Source: Octopus vulgaris (Eukaryota). Taken from it: 64,000 nt of DNA. Shown here piece by piece: positions 26,330 through 39,149 of this stretch. Each line of letters begins with the position of its first letter. Positions within the stretch are counted from its first letter, which is position 1. The stretch lies in the NCBI GenBank assembly GCA_951406725.2, contig OX597816.1, positions 141,608,001 to 141,672,000 of the forward strand, written 5' to 3'. The position numbers were made by a program, and so were the translations under genes. A model generated the notes under the pieces. It made no database searches, had not been told where the DNA came from, and saw nothing but the letters and a program-made list of their open reading frames with translations.

Positions 26330-27560
26330 CAGGAGTATTTGAGGATACCTAATTATATGTATATTATTCTCTTTAAACTATTCAAAAGGCTTTTATTTTT
26401 TTCACATTCCCTCATAGAAAATAAAGTACTAACAGAAGTCATAAAAAGTGATGCAGTCATTGTTGCCATATGTGAGGAAAGTGGCAATTTACAAATTACC
26501 AACTTTCTAACTGTTGCAAGATTTATTATACATAAAGTTTGGCTGTAATTGGAAGCATCTGGTGGGAATGTTTCAATTGTGTCAAAGAGAAAACAATCAT
26601 TCTAAACAGTTGGACACACTATAAAAACATTACAATTTAACCAATGGTTTCAAATATTATTGATAGTCTTCCTGGAAAATCAACAGGGACCATCACCAAA
26701 GAACTTCAAGTGTCAGAGTGGACAATCAGAACTGTGGTGCATGAAGATATTTGATACAAGTCATATGTGCTGAGAAGAGATCAATTCATGTCTGTAAAAA
26801 CATGGGAAAACTGTTTGATCCCTGCCAAATAATTATTTGACAAGGCTGAAAATCCTTGTGAACATGGAACACTTCTTTGAAAAGAAAAACATTTGACCAC
26901 GACCAAAAGTCTAACAGGAGAAATGATAAATGGTTATATACAGATGCTTCTGATATCACCAGAGTGATGTACACAAGGTTTCTAGCAATTGTGATAGTTT
27001 TGGGAGTGGTGAGTAAGGAAAGTCATGCCTGTACCTTCTTACATATTTCCACCGAGTCTTAAAATTAATGCTACTGGATACATTGAGATGCTGGAGACAG
27101 CTGTTAAGCCCTAGATGGATGAAGTACACAGAGGAAGGCCATACTTGTTTCAACAAGACTCAACACCTCACAAAGCCAAAAATGGATGTCAGGAAATTTT
27201 TATGATCCTGTAACACCAAAGTTGTGGCTTCCAAACTTGTGAAATTTAAATCTCATGGATTACTATATTTGGGACATTGCTGAAAGGAAGACTAATCAAC
27301 ATCCTCAGAATATCATAGCTTCACTGAAGGCCACTATTGTCCAGGTTGTGTCTGAAATGAATAAGGACCATTTAGTGTAATCATATCAATAATTCTGATC
27401 TAGCATTGAAGCAGTTATCAAAGATGAAGGCAGATTTATAGAATGGTGTTAGCGAGAATATGTGTACACATTTTTATAAAAATACATTTGGTTTTTGTTA
27501 GATTAGAGTCATTTTATTAAATTACCAAATATGTCCCCAAATACTTCTCACACTCTGCAT
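26330..27560 (+). mobile_element. Second relic of the same Tc1/mariner-superfamily family
   Basis: Fragments KSDAVIVAI..FLTVARFIIHKV, KTFDHDQKSNRRNDKWL and LWLPNL*NLNLMDYYIWDIAERK; degenerate terminal repeats. Confidence 0.75.
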
Positions 27561-28001
27561 ATTGTGCTATTTTTAGGACAATGAATATACTCTCGCCTTT
27601 TGATAATACAAACATACATACATGCACATGTATATACATGTGTGTGTGTGCACATAATCACAAGAAAATAGCATAAACAGTATTAAACATTTTTTAAAAA
27701 ATAGTAAAAAAAAAAATCAAAATTTTATGTATCATATAAATGCTAAAGGGACTTCTAAATCATTCTATATAATATAAGCTAAGAGAAAACTGCCTTGAGT
27801 GCTGTATTTCTCTTAGAAACAATACAAATTAAAAATGAACACTAATTTCATCACACACATATATATATATATATCATATAGCCAAGAAGGGCTTAGCATA
27901 ATTTCTCTTCAAATTAAAAAAAAAAAGTTAGGCCAAAGCAATTTTCAAAATAAAATACAGCATACATAATAGATACTAGCGACAGAGGCAGCAGAAATAC
28001 C

Positions 28002-28618
28002 AAGAGGTAATATTTATCCCCACTTAAATGTGGATGTTCTGTTAGAACAAACTATACTGCAGTTAATACCAGGAGAGAAACTCTCATATTGGGTTTTTGG
28101 TGCAAAATCTGCTGTTGTTTACATTACTAGTGGTAAGATAAGTCCCCACCATCTCCAGTGCTGAAATTACCAGATCACATGATTTCGACCTTCCTTGTTC
28201 TTGTCAATGATGGACACTCAACTGCTAGAGATAGCAGTAACTCATCTCTCTGCCAGTGATAATTATAAAAACAGTGTGAGAACAGGTGCAGGTGTCATGA
28301 TTAGCCAGTGAGCTTGTTAAAAAAAAAAATATATATATTAGTAACAGAAGTAGGATTAGAACTAAGAGGTAATATTTAACCCCACTTAAATGTGTATGTT
28401 CTGTTAGAACTATACTGCAGTAGTTACCATGAGAGAAACTCTCATATAGGCTTTTTGGTGCAAAAGTGCACTCTTGTTCATATCTTTATTGGGGAGATAA
28501 ATGTCCACTACCTCCAGTACTGAGACCATCAGATCACATGATTTCAACCTTCTTAGGTTTTGTCAATGATGGACACTCAACTGCTAGAGATAGCAGTGAC
28601 TCATCTCCCTGCCAGCAA
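28002..28618 (+). repeat. Tandem duplication of ~255 bp (period ~360), probably a LINE AP-endonuclease relic
   Basis: Copies at 28002-28256 and 28364-28615; translated pieces IGEINVH and LVNDGHST. Confidence 0.8.
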
Positions 28619-29310
28619 TATATAATAGTAAATTTAAAAAAATTAATGCATGTATATTTCCCAGGACTCTGATGAAGTTTGAACAGGAAAAACAAATGCA
28701 AACTTTCATCCAGCTCCAAATCGGTTTTGATCACATTGATCTATGATTGAACACATTCTAACAATGACTATCCAGTCTTTTACAGAGACATAAAGGATGC
28801 TTATGTTGAGTTTGGTTTGAGTAACCAATTATTTGGTGTGCTTCCATTCACGTAACTTACTGGTTTGGCGAAAGAGATTGACAGGTTAAGTACTAGACTT
28901 AAAAAAAAAAAAAGTACTGGAGTTGATTCATTCAACTAAAACATCAAGGTGGTGCTTCAGTATGGCTGCAGTCTAATGACTGAAACCAGTAAAAAAAAAA
29001 TAAAATGAAAGTGTTTATTATTTTTGGAAAAAAAGGGGGGGAAGTAACCTCTCACTGGAGGCAGTTGGTAAGCTTTTGTTGTTGTTTGACTCAAGGTGGC
29101 CCTGAATGAAGAGACCTGCGATCAAAAGTCTTCCAGCCATGATCATCGAATATTTTAATATATCCAGAACTACATTGGTCAATGTAAAGGAAGTCAGCTG
29201 GTATTTCTAGCAGATTGAGTGACAATGTAGAAAAGTGTTTCTCAACTATTTTAGCCCACATCCAACTTGGATTTTCCAAGAAAACATGTATCCTGCCATG
29301 AACAACCACA

Positions 29311-29344
<34 letters not shown>

Positions 29345-29365
29345 TTATGCACATACATATCTATA

Positions 29366-29680
29366 CATCATCATCATCATCATCATCATCATTTAACGTC
29401 CGTTTTCCATGCTAGCATGGGTTGGACGATTTTGACTGAAGGCTGGCAACCAGATGGTTGCACCAGGCTCCAGTCTTGATCTGGCAGAGTTTCTACAGTT
29501 GGATGCCCTTCCTAACGCCAACCACTCCGAGAGTGTACTGGGTGCTTTTTACATGCCACTTGCATGGGGGCCGGTCAGGCAGTACTGGCAATGACCTCGG
29601 TCAAATCTTTTTATACGTGCCACCGACACAGGTGCCAGTGAAGTGACGTTGGTAACGATCACGCTCAAATGGTGCCCTTT
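29366..29680 (-). mobile_element. RTE 3'-terminal fragment
   Basis: (CAT)n then TTTAACGTCCGTTTTCCATGCTAGCATGGGTTGGACG, as at 35841. Confidence 0.8.
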
Positions 29681-30393
29681 ATATATACAAACAAAGGAAT
29701 GTGATTATACAATATCACTGCTTTCACATAATTAAGAGATTTTATTGTAGTGTTGCAGGAAGGTATAAAGTGTAACATCCATAAGATACTGCAAAACATA
29801 ATAGGGAACCTCTCAAATCATTAGGCTGCACTGTGTTGCATAAGAACAATTATCAATATGCTGCTGAATAGCAAAAACTATATTGGCAAGTTTTATTCAC
29901 TTGTAACTTGCTTAGGCCCATTGTAAAGAAATCCATGTCTCACCAAAATATTGCCACACTCCACCAGTGGTATATGCATTCCACCTTTAGAAACAATAGT
30001 GAAGAGGTTCCCTCATTGGCTTAGAGGTTTCCAAGTTCACAGAAATGGTGAAGTATTGGTGTTGTAGTTGAAGTATCCATGATGTGAGCCACTACCAGCT
30101 AAAACATCTTTGAGGTTATCTCAGGAAAATAAATTGACTTGTTATCAATGATCAAGGCTTTTCCATGCTTTTCTATGTTCTTCATGTCTAATCTTTAAGG
30201 GGTTCTGTATGTTCTTTGCAATTAACTCTGCTTGTATATATAATTATTTTCATGCTTTTCATCAGCATCATGTTTATATTGGTGAAAGGATTTAATAATG
30301 ATGTCTTATTCCTGAAAAAGGCTGTGGGGTTGTATTTCCTATCAAAAAACAAGTTAACCTAATGTATGAATACAACTTGTAAGAAGCTTAAGG

Positions 30394-30457
30394 AAGATTT
30401 TTAACAGAGAATGTTTTGTCATTGGTTAATGACAAAATATTCTCTGTTAAAAATCTT
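30394..30457. repeat. 30-bp-arm hairpin with a 4-nt loop
   Basis: AAGATTTTTAACAGAGAATGTTTTGTCATT-GGTT-AATGACAAAATATTCTCTGTTAAAAATCTT; one mismatch. Confidence 0.95.
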
Positions 30458-30902
30458 AAATATGCATGAACATTTAGCAATAATCAATAGTTATTCCAGT
30501 TTGATAGTAATTCACTGCATTTGTATGTGAATTGAACAAACTGTGGGTTACCATCGATGTTTATATAAGTTGCCCCCTTCTGTTTTATTTTTAAACATTC
30601 AAATTCTTTGAAAAATCTATACATAAAATAACAAAAGAAAACAGCTATTGGTTATAAAAATGCTAAGCAAGCTGATTTACTTCTCTCAAATGTCAGGGCT
30701 GGATTTAGAAAATTATTTACTTGATCTGGTATTATTACTTATCAAAAACCAATCTAAGAACAACAAACCAAAACTTCCAAAAAGAGCAAGAATTTCAATG
30801 AAAAATAGCATGGAGATTTTGATGCACTGCACAAAAGCTGCATTAAGAACCCCAAAAAGTACTATAAACACTCTTAAAATGAAAAAGATAATAACACATC
30901 GT

Positions 30903-30951
<49 letters not shown>

Positions 30952-31329
30952 ATAAATAAAAGGATATGATTTATATCGTACCCAGAAGACACCATGTATA
31001 TGCAGCTAGATCTATAAAAGTGAAGCAAAGTATGAATTAAAGACTTGACTAAAAATAAAATAAGAGTGGAGTGGCTAAAAATATATAGAAAGAGAGGATT
31101 CAAGCATAATGAAGGAAAAAAGCTTTTATAATTTATAGATAAAAATAATGAAAAGTATGTAAAATAATATGTAAGCCATATAATGCAAATAAGTATTCCC
31201 AATGAAGCTTAATATAACTCTCTTTACTTAAATGCACCCAAAACTGATTTTGAAATATAATTTATAAAGAAAACTAGGTGCAGATGTGAGAGTTGTGCAT
31301 GCTATGTACTGACATGATGTCAGCTAAGT

Positions 31330-32320
31330 ATGAGTTAACAATGAGCTCAGTGAAGTTAGCATACAAGTGGGTGTCTAGCAGGGCAATGTTCTTGAGCCCC
31401 AACTGTTTTTACTATTACCTTTCAAGCCATAATAGATAAGTTTAAAGCCAGCTGTCAGTAGGAACTTCTATTCACTAATAAACTAGTCCTCATAGCTGCT
31501 GAAGAATTAGTGAAAAAATTCCAAATGTGGAAGCAAAGACTAAAATCAAAAGATCTCAAAGTAATCTAGTGAAAATCTTAGTTATCAAAAATAATGACAG
31601 AACATCACTGCTATTTGGGAAGTTGCCATGCTCAGCATGTAGAAAAGTATCAGACAGGAACTCTGAAATATGAATCATATAAGTATGGGTGCACAGTAAA
31701 TGCAATGGGATTATACAGGTAGATCGACAGAGAAGACAAGATTTAGTGTGTAGCAGATGCACAAAAGTAATTAGCATCAGGAGCACACATGAAATAAATT
31801 CTTTCAAATGTTTGGAAGGCTTTGAAAAAGTAGTTAATAGTTTCTGTAACCAAGGTGGCCAAATTAGGTGGATGTTCTGAAAGCATGGCAGTCAGAGTAT
31901 GAATGGACTGCTGACAACAGTGAATTAATGGTTGTATGATGTTTATGTATAAAGTGCAATGTTGCTTGGCAGTGGAAGATGGGCACTGAATGCAAAAGAT
32001 ATGCAAAGAATGGAAAGAAATGAGGCAATAGTGCTTCACAGAATGTGTAGTGTGAGTGTGCAAAAAAAAAAAAAAAGAAAAAAGAGCTGAAACATAAAAA
32101 GACTGGGTGTAAGAGGAATTAGATATAATCTACTCTTATTTATAAGAGTAAAGACTGTGCTGGTATGGTCATGTAATGCATATGGAGAGTGGTAGTTGGG
32201 TAAAGATCTGTTAAGCAATCCAAGAAGAAGAATCATGTGGAAGAGAAGAGAACATCTGGAGAAGATATGGGAAAAGGAGTGGTGGCAGCTGATCTGAAGA
32301 GGCTGCACTTCATAACAGAT
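31330..32320 (+). mobile_element. Old, degenerate RTE LINE fragment
   Basis: Colinear with the RTE copies (QGNVLEPQLF, KFQMWKQRLKSKDL, KVVNSFCNQGGQI, WYGHVM); many stops. Confidence 0.7.
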
Positions 32321-33251
32321 CATCTTCAATTAAAGTTACAGCCTGCAACTCATAGTTCTCAATCATAGTTTTCTGATTCTTCCACTGATACTCTCTGCAT
32401 AAATTTATCTAGAGCCATTAACGTTTACACTCAGTGCATGTTTATAATTCTCCTTTAAATTATGTCTCACTTCATCCATTCCTTACACCCTCAAACTCTT
32501 TCTGAAAATTGTTTGTTGCTCGTGTTTCCTCCAGCTACTAACCAGCATTAATTCTAATTAGATATTGATCTTATTAACTATACCAACTTCATTCAATTAC
32601 CAATACCTCATGGTCTAGAATATTGCTGAAGCCCAAAAGCACTAACTAACCGCCATCTTCACAAACAAACAAATTTCCCCAGATTGGTTAACTTTTTTAA
32701 AAGTTTCTAAAAACAAAAACATTTATTAAATCATGAAGTTTTGCAATACTGAATTTAATCAATTAAATTTTCAGTGACAAGAAATGAGAAAATTACAAAA
32801 ATGGCAAAATGACTTCTAGACCCAAATTTGTATTTAATATTAAAAGGGTTTGATACTTATATTAACTATAGTTAATTTAATGCTATTGAAGGCAATGCAG
32901 CAACATTATATCCAACTCCTCATTCAGTTTTCATTGCTATCCATCCTTGTTTCTGTTATTGGGTTTGGAGTGTTTAGTGGAACAAATCCATTATTTTTTA
33001 AAAACCTGGTACTTATTCTATCAGCTGCTTTTGTCAAACTACTAAGTTACAGGGATCTAAAAAGGTAAGATTGGTGGTTCAGTGACTCCAGCTCCATTAG
33101 AAAGGGGAAATTCTTGGACCATGTGGCTGGACAGGAACCTGATGGCATCTGGGTGCCTTGGAGCTGACAGAGGCAAGGCCAGAGAGTAAGCATGTGTTTT
33201 TTTGTGTGTGTGTGTGTGTGTGAATATATGTACACTAGTGCCAGCAATGTG

Positions 33252-33310
<59 letters not shown>

Positions 33311-33313
<3 letters not shown>

Positions 33314-33750
33314 TTGGCATCCTTTTTGTCTCAGGAGACAATGGAGTTGCGCATAAAATAGTCTAGTCCGGCTTTTACATTTCATGTCCTGATACATTTC
33401 CTGCTGTGGCTGTGTAGTCCTATCCTGGACAAACACTCCCTCTGGCAGGTACCGCAAATGTAGCGAAGACTGTTCCTGGCTGGTTGTAATGCCATAGTTT
33501 CTTGTTAACGTCTTCTCTTGTCTTTCCATTTCTCCTCTCTCTCTCTCTGTCACTCCTTTGTATTCCCTCTTTTATGGTACGTCGCCAATCTCCACGGTTG
33601 CCGGCAACTGCTTCCCAACCGCTAATACTGATGTTGCAGGCCTTCATGTCCCTTTTGCAAACATCCCTGTAATGTAAGAACGGTCTACCCACAGACCTAG
33701 TACCCCTAGCAAGCTCTCCGTAGAGTATGTCCTTGGGGATTCTGCCATTT
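33311..33750 (-). mobile_element. 3' fragment of a second RTE (BovB-like) LINE family
   Basis: GRIPKDILYGELARGTRSVGRPFLHYRDVCKRDMKAC..DWRRTI. Confidence 0.8.
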
Positions 33751-33787
33751 GATGTGGAGGATTTTCCGGAGGCAGCAATATATTATG

Positions 33788-34200
33788 ACTCTTTTACTCT
33801 TTTGACTCTTTTACTTATTTCAGTCATTTGACTGCAGCCATGCTGGAGCACCACCTTTAGTCGAGCAACTCGACCCCAGGACTTATTCTTTTTGTAAGCC
33901 CAGTACTTATTCTATCAGTCTCTTTTTGCTGAACCGCTAAGTGACGGGGACGTAAACACACCAGCATCGGTTGTCAAGCAATGCTAGGGGAACAAACACA
34001 GACACACAAACACACACACATACATATATATATACATATATATGACAGGCTTCTTTCAGTTTCCGTCTACCAAATCCACTCACAAGGCATTGGTCGGCCT
34101 GGGGCTATAGCAGAAGACACTTGCCCAAGATGCCATGCAGTGGGACTGAACCTGCAACCATGTGGTTGGTTAGCAAGCTACTTACCACACAGCCACTCAT
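33788..34200 (-). mobile_element. SINE family A, full length
   Basis: Consensus-like copy. Confidence 0.9.
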
Positions 34201-35840
34201 ATATATATATATATATATGCACAGGTGTATGTGTGTGTGTGTGTGTAAATATATATATACTTACATATAAGAGAGCAAAGTGTATGTACGCCACTATATA
34301 TATATATATATATATTGCTCAAAGAAATTCCAACATTGATTTTCATGGTTTATTTACAATCTTAATATTATATAAGATAATATAATATAATGAAATGTTA
34401 GAATATTAAATGTCCATTCTGATTGAACTAGTACTTTCATGCTTTAAATTATGCAATCTTCAGGTTTATGTAGTGGTGGTGACAGTTATGTTTTTTAATT
34501 TACAACTGTGGCAAGATGGCTAAACTGTGTGCCTTAAATACATTTGTTCAAATAACTCGGTAACAGAAATTATGTTTCTTACTACGATGGGCAGAAAGTA
34601 AATAAGAAATTTTAACAGAAAATAAAGTATGGGTTCAAGTGAAATTTGTCAGTCAGTGAACCAAAGAGCCAGTATCAAAGGAACCAGAAAGAAACCGTCA
34701 ATAACAAAAAAATGCAAAACCATATGGATTGAATTGAAATTTATGAAGATACTTCTGTCAGTAAATCATGAAATTACTTACATCAGTAATTGTAAACTTC
34801 TTTCTGTCAGTAGTTTGTCATTGTTTGTTTGTAAATAGTAATTCATAACTTCAACTTACAGTGAAAACAATAACATGGAAGTTAAACAATGGCATATGAA
34901 AATTGAAAGTGAAAAGAATAACGTCTGAAAAATGAAAGTGAAAACAAGAGAAATAGACAGAGAGATATGTTACAGAGATATATAGAGAGATATACATAAA
35001 GAGATATGTTACATCACTGACGCTAGAAAACCAGAAGTAAATATTTTAAAAACTTTCAAAGACGTGAATGTCATATAAAAAGCAATGCTTTATTTTTAAT
35101 AACTGTTAATGAAAATATCAAATGTACAGCCTATTATTTGTCTGAGGTCAAATTATTCATGCATCACAAGTATGAAAGCAACTGGTGAAGCCATATTTGC
35201 TTGAAAAGTAAATACACACACATCTCTATTTTATATATTATTAGATTAGATTAGATTAGATATATTGGTGTGTGTCTGTGTGTATACCATGTGTGTATAT
35301 TAGATATATGTATCTATTTGTGACGATATCTGTATGAGATGTTTGTATGTGTACATGTACTTATGCAGAGATTTATGACGCTATACTGAGCCTAAAACTA
35401 ACCAGCCGATAATTTTATAATTTTATTCATAACTTAATTCTCCTCCCACCCTACCTGTTTTTATATGCACACACATGCATATGTATGTGTCTGTATGTAT
35501 ACGTGCATGGACATATATGTATGTGGGTTTGTATATCTGTACATGTGTGTGTATGTATGTCTATATACACACGCATATGTGGGGGGTGTACGTGTGTGGT
35601 TGTAGTTCAACAGCCTTATCTACACAGGGGATAACAAACTCCAAATTATCAGTTTGAAAACGGCTTTAAGTAAGAAGCCCACAAAAGTGTCATAATTTGC
35701 GAACACCTAATAATTTATAAACATTTAATTATTAAAGTGAAAAAATTATCAGGAATGCAATTTGCATTCATTTTTTAAATATATAATACTGTACCAAGGA
35801 TTTTTTATTTTTAATTCTACTATATATATATATATATGTG

Positions 35841-37174
35841 AATCATCATCATCATCATCATCATCGTTTAACGTCCGCTTTCCATGCTAGCATGGGTTGG
35901 ACGGTTCAACTGGGGTCTGGCAAGCCCGAAGGCTACACCAGGCCAGTCAGATCTGGCAGTGTTTCTACAGCTGGATGCCCTTCCTAACGCCAACCACTCC
36001 GAGAGTGTAGTGGGTGATTTTATGTGCCACCGACACAGGTGCCAGACGAGGCTGGCAGACGGCCACGCTCGGATGGTGTTTTTTATGTGCCATCGACACA
36101 GGTGCCAGACGAGGCTGGCAGACGGCCACGCTCGGATATGGTGTTTTCGGTGTTTTTCTTATGTGCTACCGACACAGGTGCCAGACGAGGCTGGCGAACG
36201 GCTACGATCGGATGGTGTTTGTTACGTGCCCACGGCACGGAGGCCAGTCGATGCGGTACTGGCTACGGTCCCGTTCGGATGGTTTTCTTATGTGCCACCG
36301 GCACTGGTACCACAAGGATACAAATTCCATTGATGTTCATCTATTTTGATTTGGTTTGACTTGATTCGATTTGACTTTGATTTGATTTGCCTCAACAGGT
36401 CTTCACAAGTGTCACAAGCAGGAAGGTATGCACAGGTGGACTGACTACGTCCCAGGTAGGGGCCACGGGTTATGGCTTCACTAGTTTTGCCGGGTCTTCT
36501 CACGCACAGCATACTTCCATAGGTCTCGGTCTCTAGTCATTTCCATGGTGAGACCTAATGTTCGAAGGTCGTGCTTCACCGCCTCGTCCCAGGTTTTCCT
36601 GGGTCTACCTCTTCCACAGGTTCCCTCAACTGCTAGGGATTGGCACTTTCTCACACACCTATCTTCATCCATTCTCGCCACATGACCATACCAGCGCAAT
36701 CATCTCTCTTGCACGCAACAACTGATGCTTCTTAGGTACAACATTTCTCTCAGGGAACTAACGCTCTGTCGAGTAAGTACACTGACATTACACATCCATC
36801 GGAGCATACTGGCTTCATTCCTCATGAGCTTACGCATGTCCTCAGCAGTCACGGCCCATGTTTCACTGCCATGTAGCATGGCAGTTCGAACACATGCATC
36901 ATACAGTCTACCCTTTACTCTGAGCGAGAGGCCTTTAGTCACCAGCAGAGGTAAGAGCTCCCTAAACTTTGCCCAGGCTATTCTTATTCTAGCAGTTACA
37001 CTCTCAGCGCACCCACCCCCACTACTGACTTGGTCACCTAGATAATGGAAGCTATCAACTACTTCTAATTTTTCCCCCTGGAAAGTGATGGAAGTTGTTT
37101 TCTGCAGATTTTCGGAGGTCAATGCCCCCGAGCATCTGCCACATATAAAAACTATCTTCCCAGTTAGCCTACCT
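35841..37174 (-). mobile_element. 5'-truncated RTE-clade LINE, low-divergence copy of the same family
   Basis: ORFs 36700..37122 (VDSFHYLGD..LHGSETW) and 36481..36699 (RWYGHVARM..RGRPRKTW); same 3' UTR and (ATG)n tail. Confidence 0.92.
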
Positions 37175-37794
37175 GAATGTATGTATGTATATGTATATAT
37201 GATGAAAGTAGCATTAATTCTTTAGGTCATTCAATTTTTCTCAATTACTCAATGGGCTGATTTAGTAAACCAATCAATAACAAACCTGTAATGACTAATG
37301 AAAGCAGCTGTAAATCTAAGTTACTACAATAAAGTAATATGTAATGACCATTATTGATGCCTTGTCTTATATATATATACACACACATACACACTCACAA
37401 GGCTTTGGTCAGCCTGGGATTATAATAGAAGATGTTTGCATAAGTTGCCATGCAGTTTCATATGATTTCAGACTATACTCAAAATATTCTCCGTTTTAGA
37501 TCTCTGATTAATTCCATTTCTATTAACACAATTTAACACCATTTTGGTTTCAACATATGAATTAATATGAATTCATATTAAAAATAAAAAAAAAAAGATA
37601 ATGAATTTCTGTAAATCTACAGACCAAAGACAGAATGGCTATGATAGATTCAGTGAATTCCATCTTCAGAATTATTCAACGAGTAAACCATAGACTCTTA
37701 ATTTAAGTCTTCATGACACTGTTACAGTCTGGTGGTCTTAATCACTTCTTGTTACAACTTACCGAGGTTTCAGTAAGTTAATAGGTCTCTCTGA

Positions 37795-37818
37795 ATAATA
37801 ATGATGATGATGATGATG

Positions 37819-37903
<85 letters not shown>

Positions 37904-37920
37904 TAATGATATTAATAATT
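37795..37920. repeat. (GAT)n(AAT)n microsatellite
   Basis: Directly visible. Confidence 0.95.
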
Positions 37921-38064
37921 ATCTGAGGCCTATTGTGTAGAATTAGCACACGAGTTAATACACAATATCTAATCCAGTAATTACATTATTGACAAAGCAT
38001 ATTGTATGTGATATTTACACTAACCAGTAGGCACACACACACTCACACACACACACGCACACAT

Positions 38065-38110
<46 letters not shown>

Positions 38111-38879
38111 AAACAGATTGATAAAACTTGGGCAGTTAATCACAATTGAGGGTGATTTAGTATCAGCAAGTTCCATACTTTTGCTAATAGTTTTGAGTGC
38201 CCATGTAGACATAGAAACCTTCTTGATCCTTTAACCTTTGGCACAGCAGAACATCCGGTACAAATATTATAGGGCCCTCTCTCCAATGCTCCAAATACTC
38301 TGACCAATGGTCACCTTGTATGTATGTATGTATGTATGTATGTACGTACGTACGTATGTATGTATGTATGTATGTATGTATGTATGTATGTATGTATGTA
38401 TGTATGTATGTATTCATGCATGTATGTATGTACATGTGTGAGTGTGTGTGAATTAAAGCTACCAATGGTTCAGAAAAACAGGAAAATATCTTAATATCTT
38501 ATTTTTCCTTTCTTAACGTGAAACCAATGGTAGCCTAAATTCACAGATAAAGAAATTCTACGCATCAATGTAATGTTCAGCACTCGTTTTTATTGTTCAA
38601 TATTATATATATATATAATCAATTGATGTATTGGTGTCCATTTTCCATGCTGGCATGGGTTGGATGGTTTGACAGGACTTGATGCCTTTCCTAAGGCCAT
38701 CTCCTTTGTAAAGCTCAGTGTCTTGAGATCATCCTTCAATACTCCATTCCATGTCTTCCTGAGTCTCTCTCTTCCACAAGTTCCATCCACTTTAAGTGTG
38801 TAAATATATATACATTTATATAACACACACACATGCACACAACAGCTCCCACACACACTTATACCTTTATCCACTCCAT

Positions 38880-39120
38880 ATCATCATCATTATCATCATT
38901 GTTCGACCGTGGTCGAGACAATGGAATTTACCATGCTATGCCAGACTTCACGGTCCATCATAGCATTACGGAGGTCCTGTTGCTGGATGCCTGTATCCCT
39001 GGAGATTACATCAGGGTAGGAGAGTGTGCGCCCTCTGGTATTGCAAGTAGATGGCATAGTAAACTTAAAAGATATGTCTATATACACAAATTTTGCTGCC
39101 ATTTCTCAAAATTAAGGACA
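38880..39120 (-). mobile_element. 3' end of a third RTE-like LINE
   Basis: RGRTLSYPDVISRDTG..MMDREVW..TTVEQ followed by an (ATG)n tail. Confidence 0.6.
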
Positions 39121-39149
39121 GTCCCTAGCTCATACAGATCCTTCTAAGC

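Noticed and set aside
28120-28200. RNase MRP/P-like motifs (AAGTCCCC, GGAAGGTC)
   Set aside because: Not conserved in the second copy and no partner P4 strand is present; an endonuclease relic explains the region better.
35884-36359. Three overlapping plus-strand ORFs with repeated peptides
   Set aside because: Antisense read-through of the GC-rich tandem units in the RTE 3' UTR.
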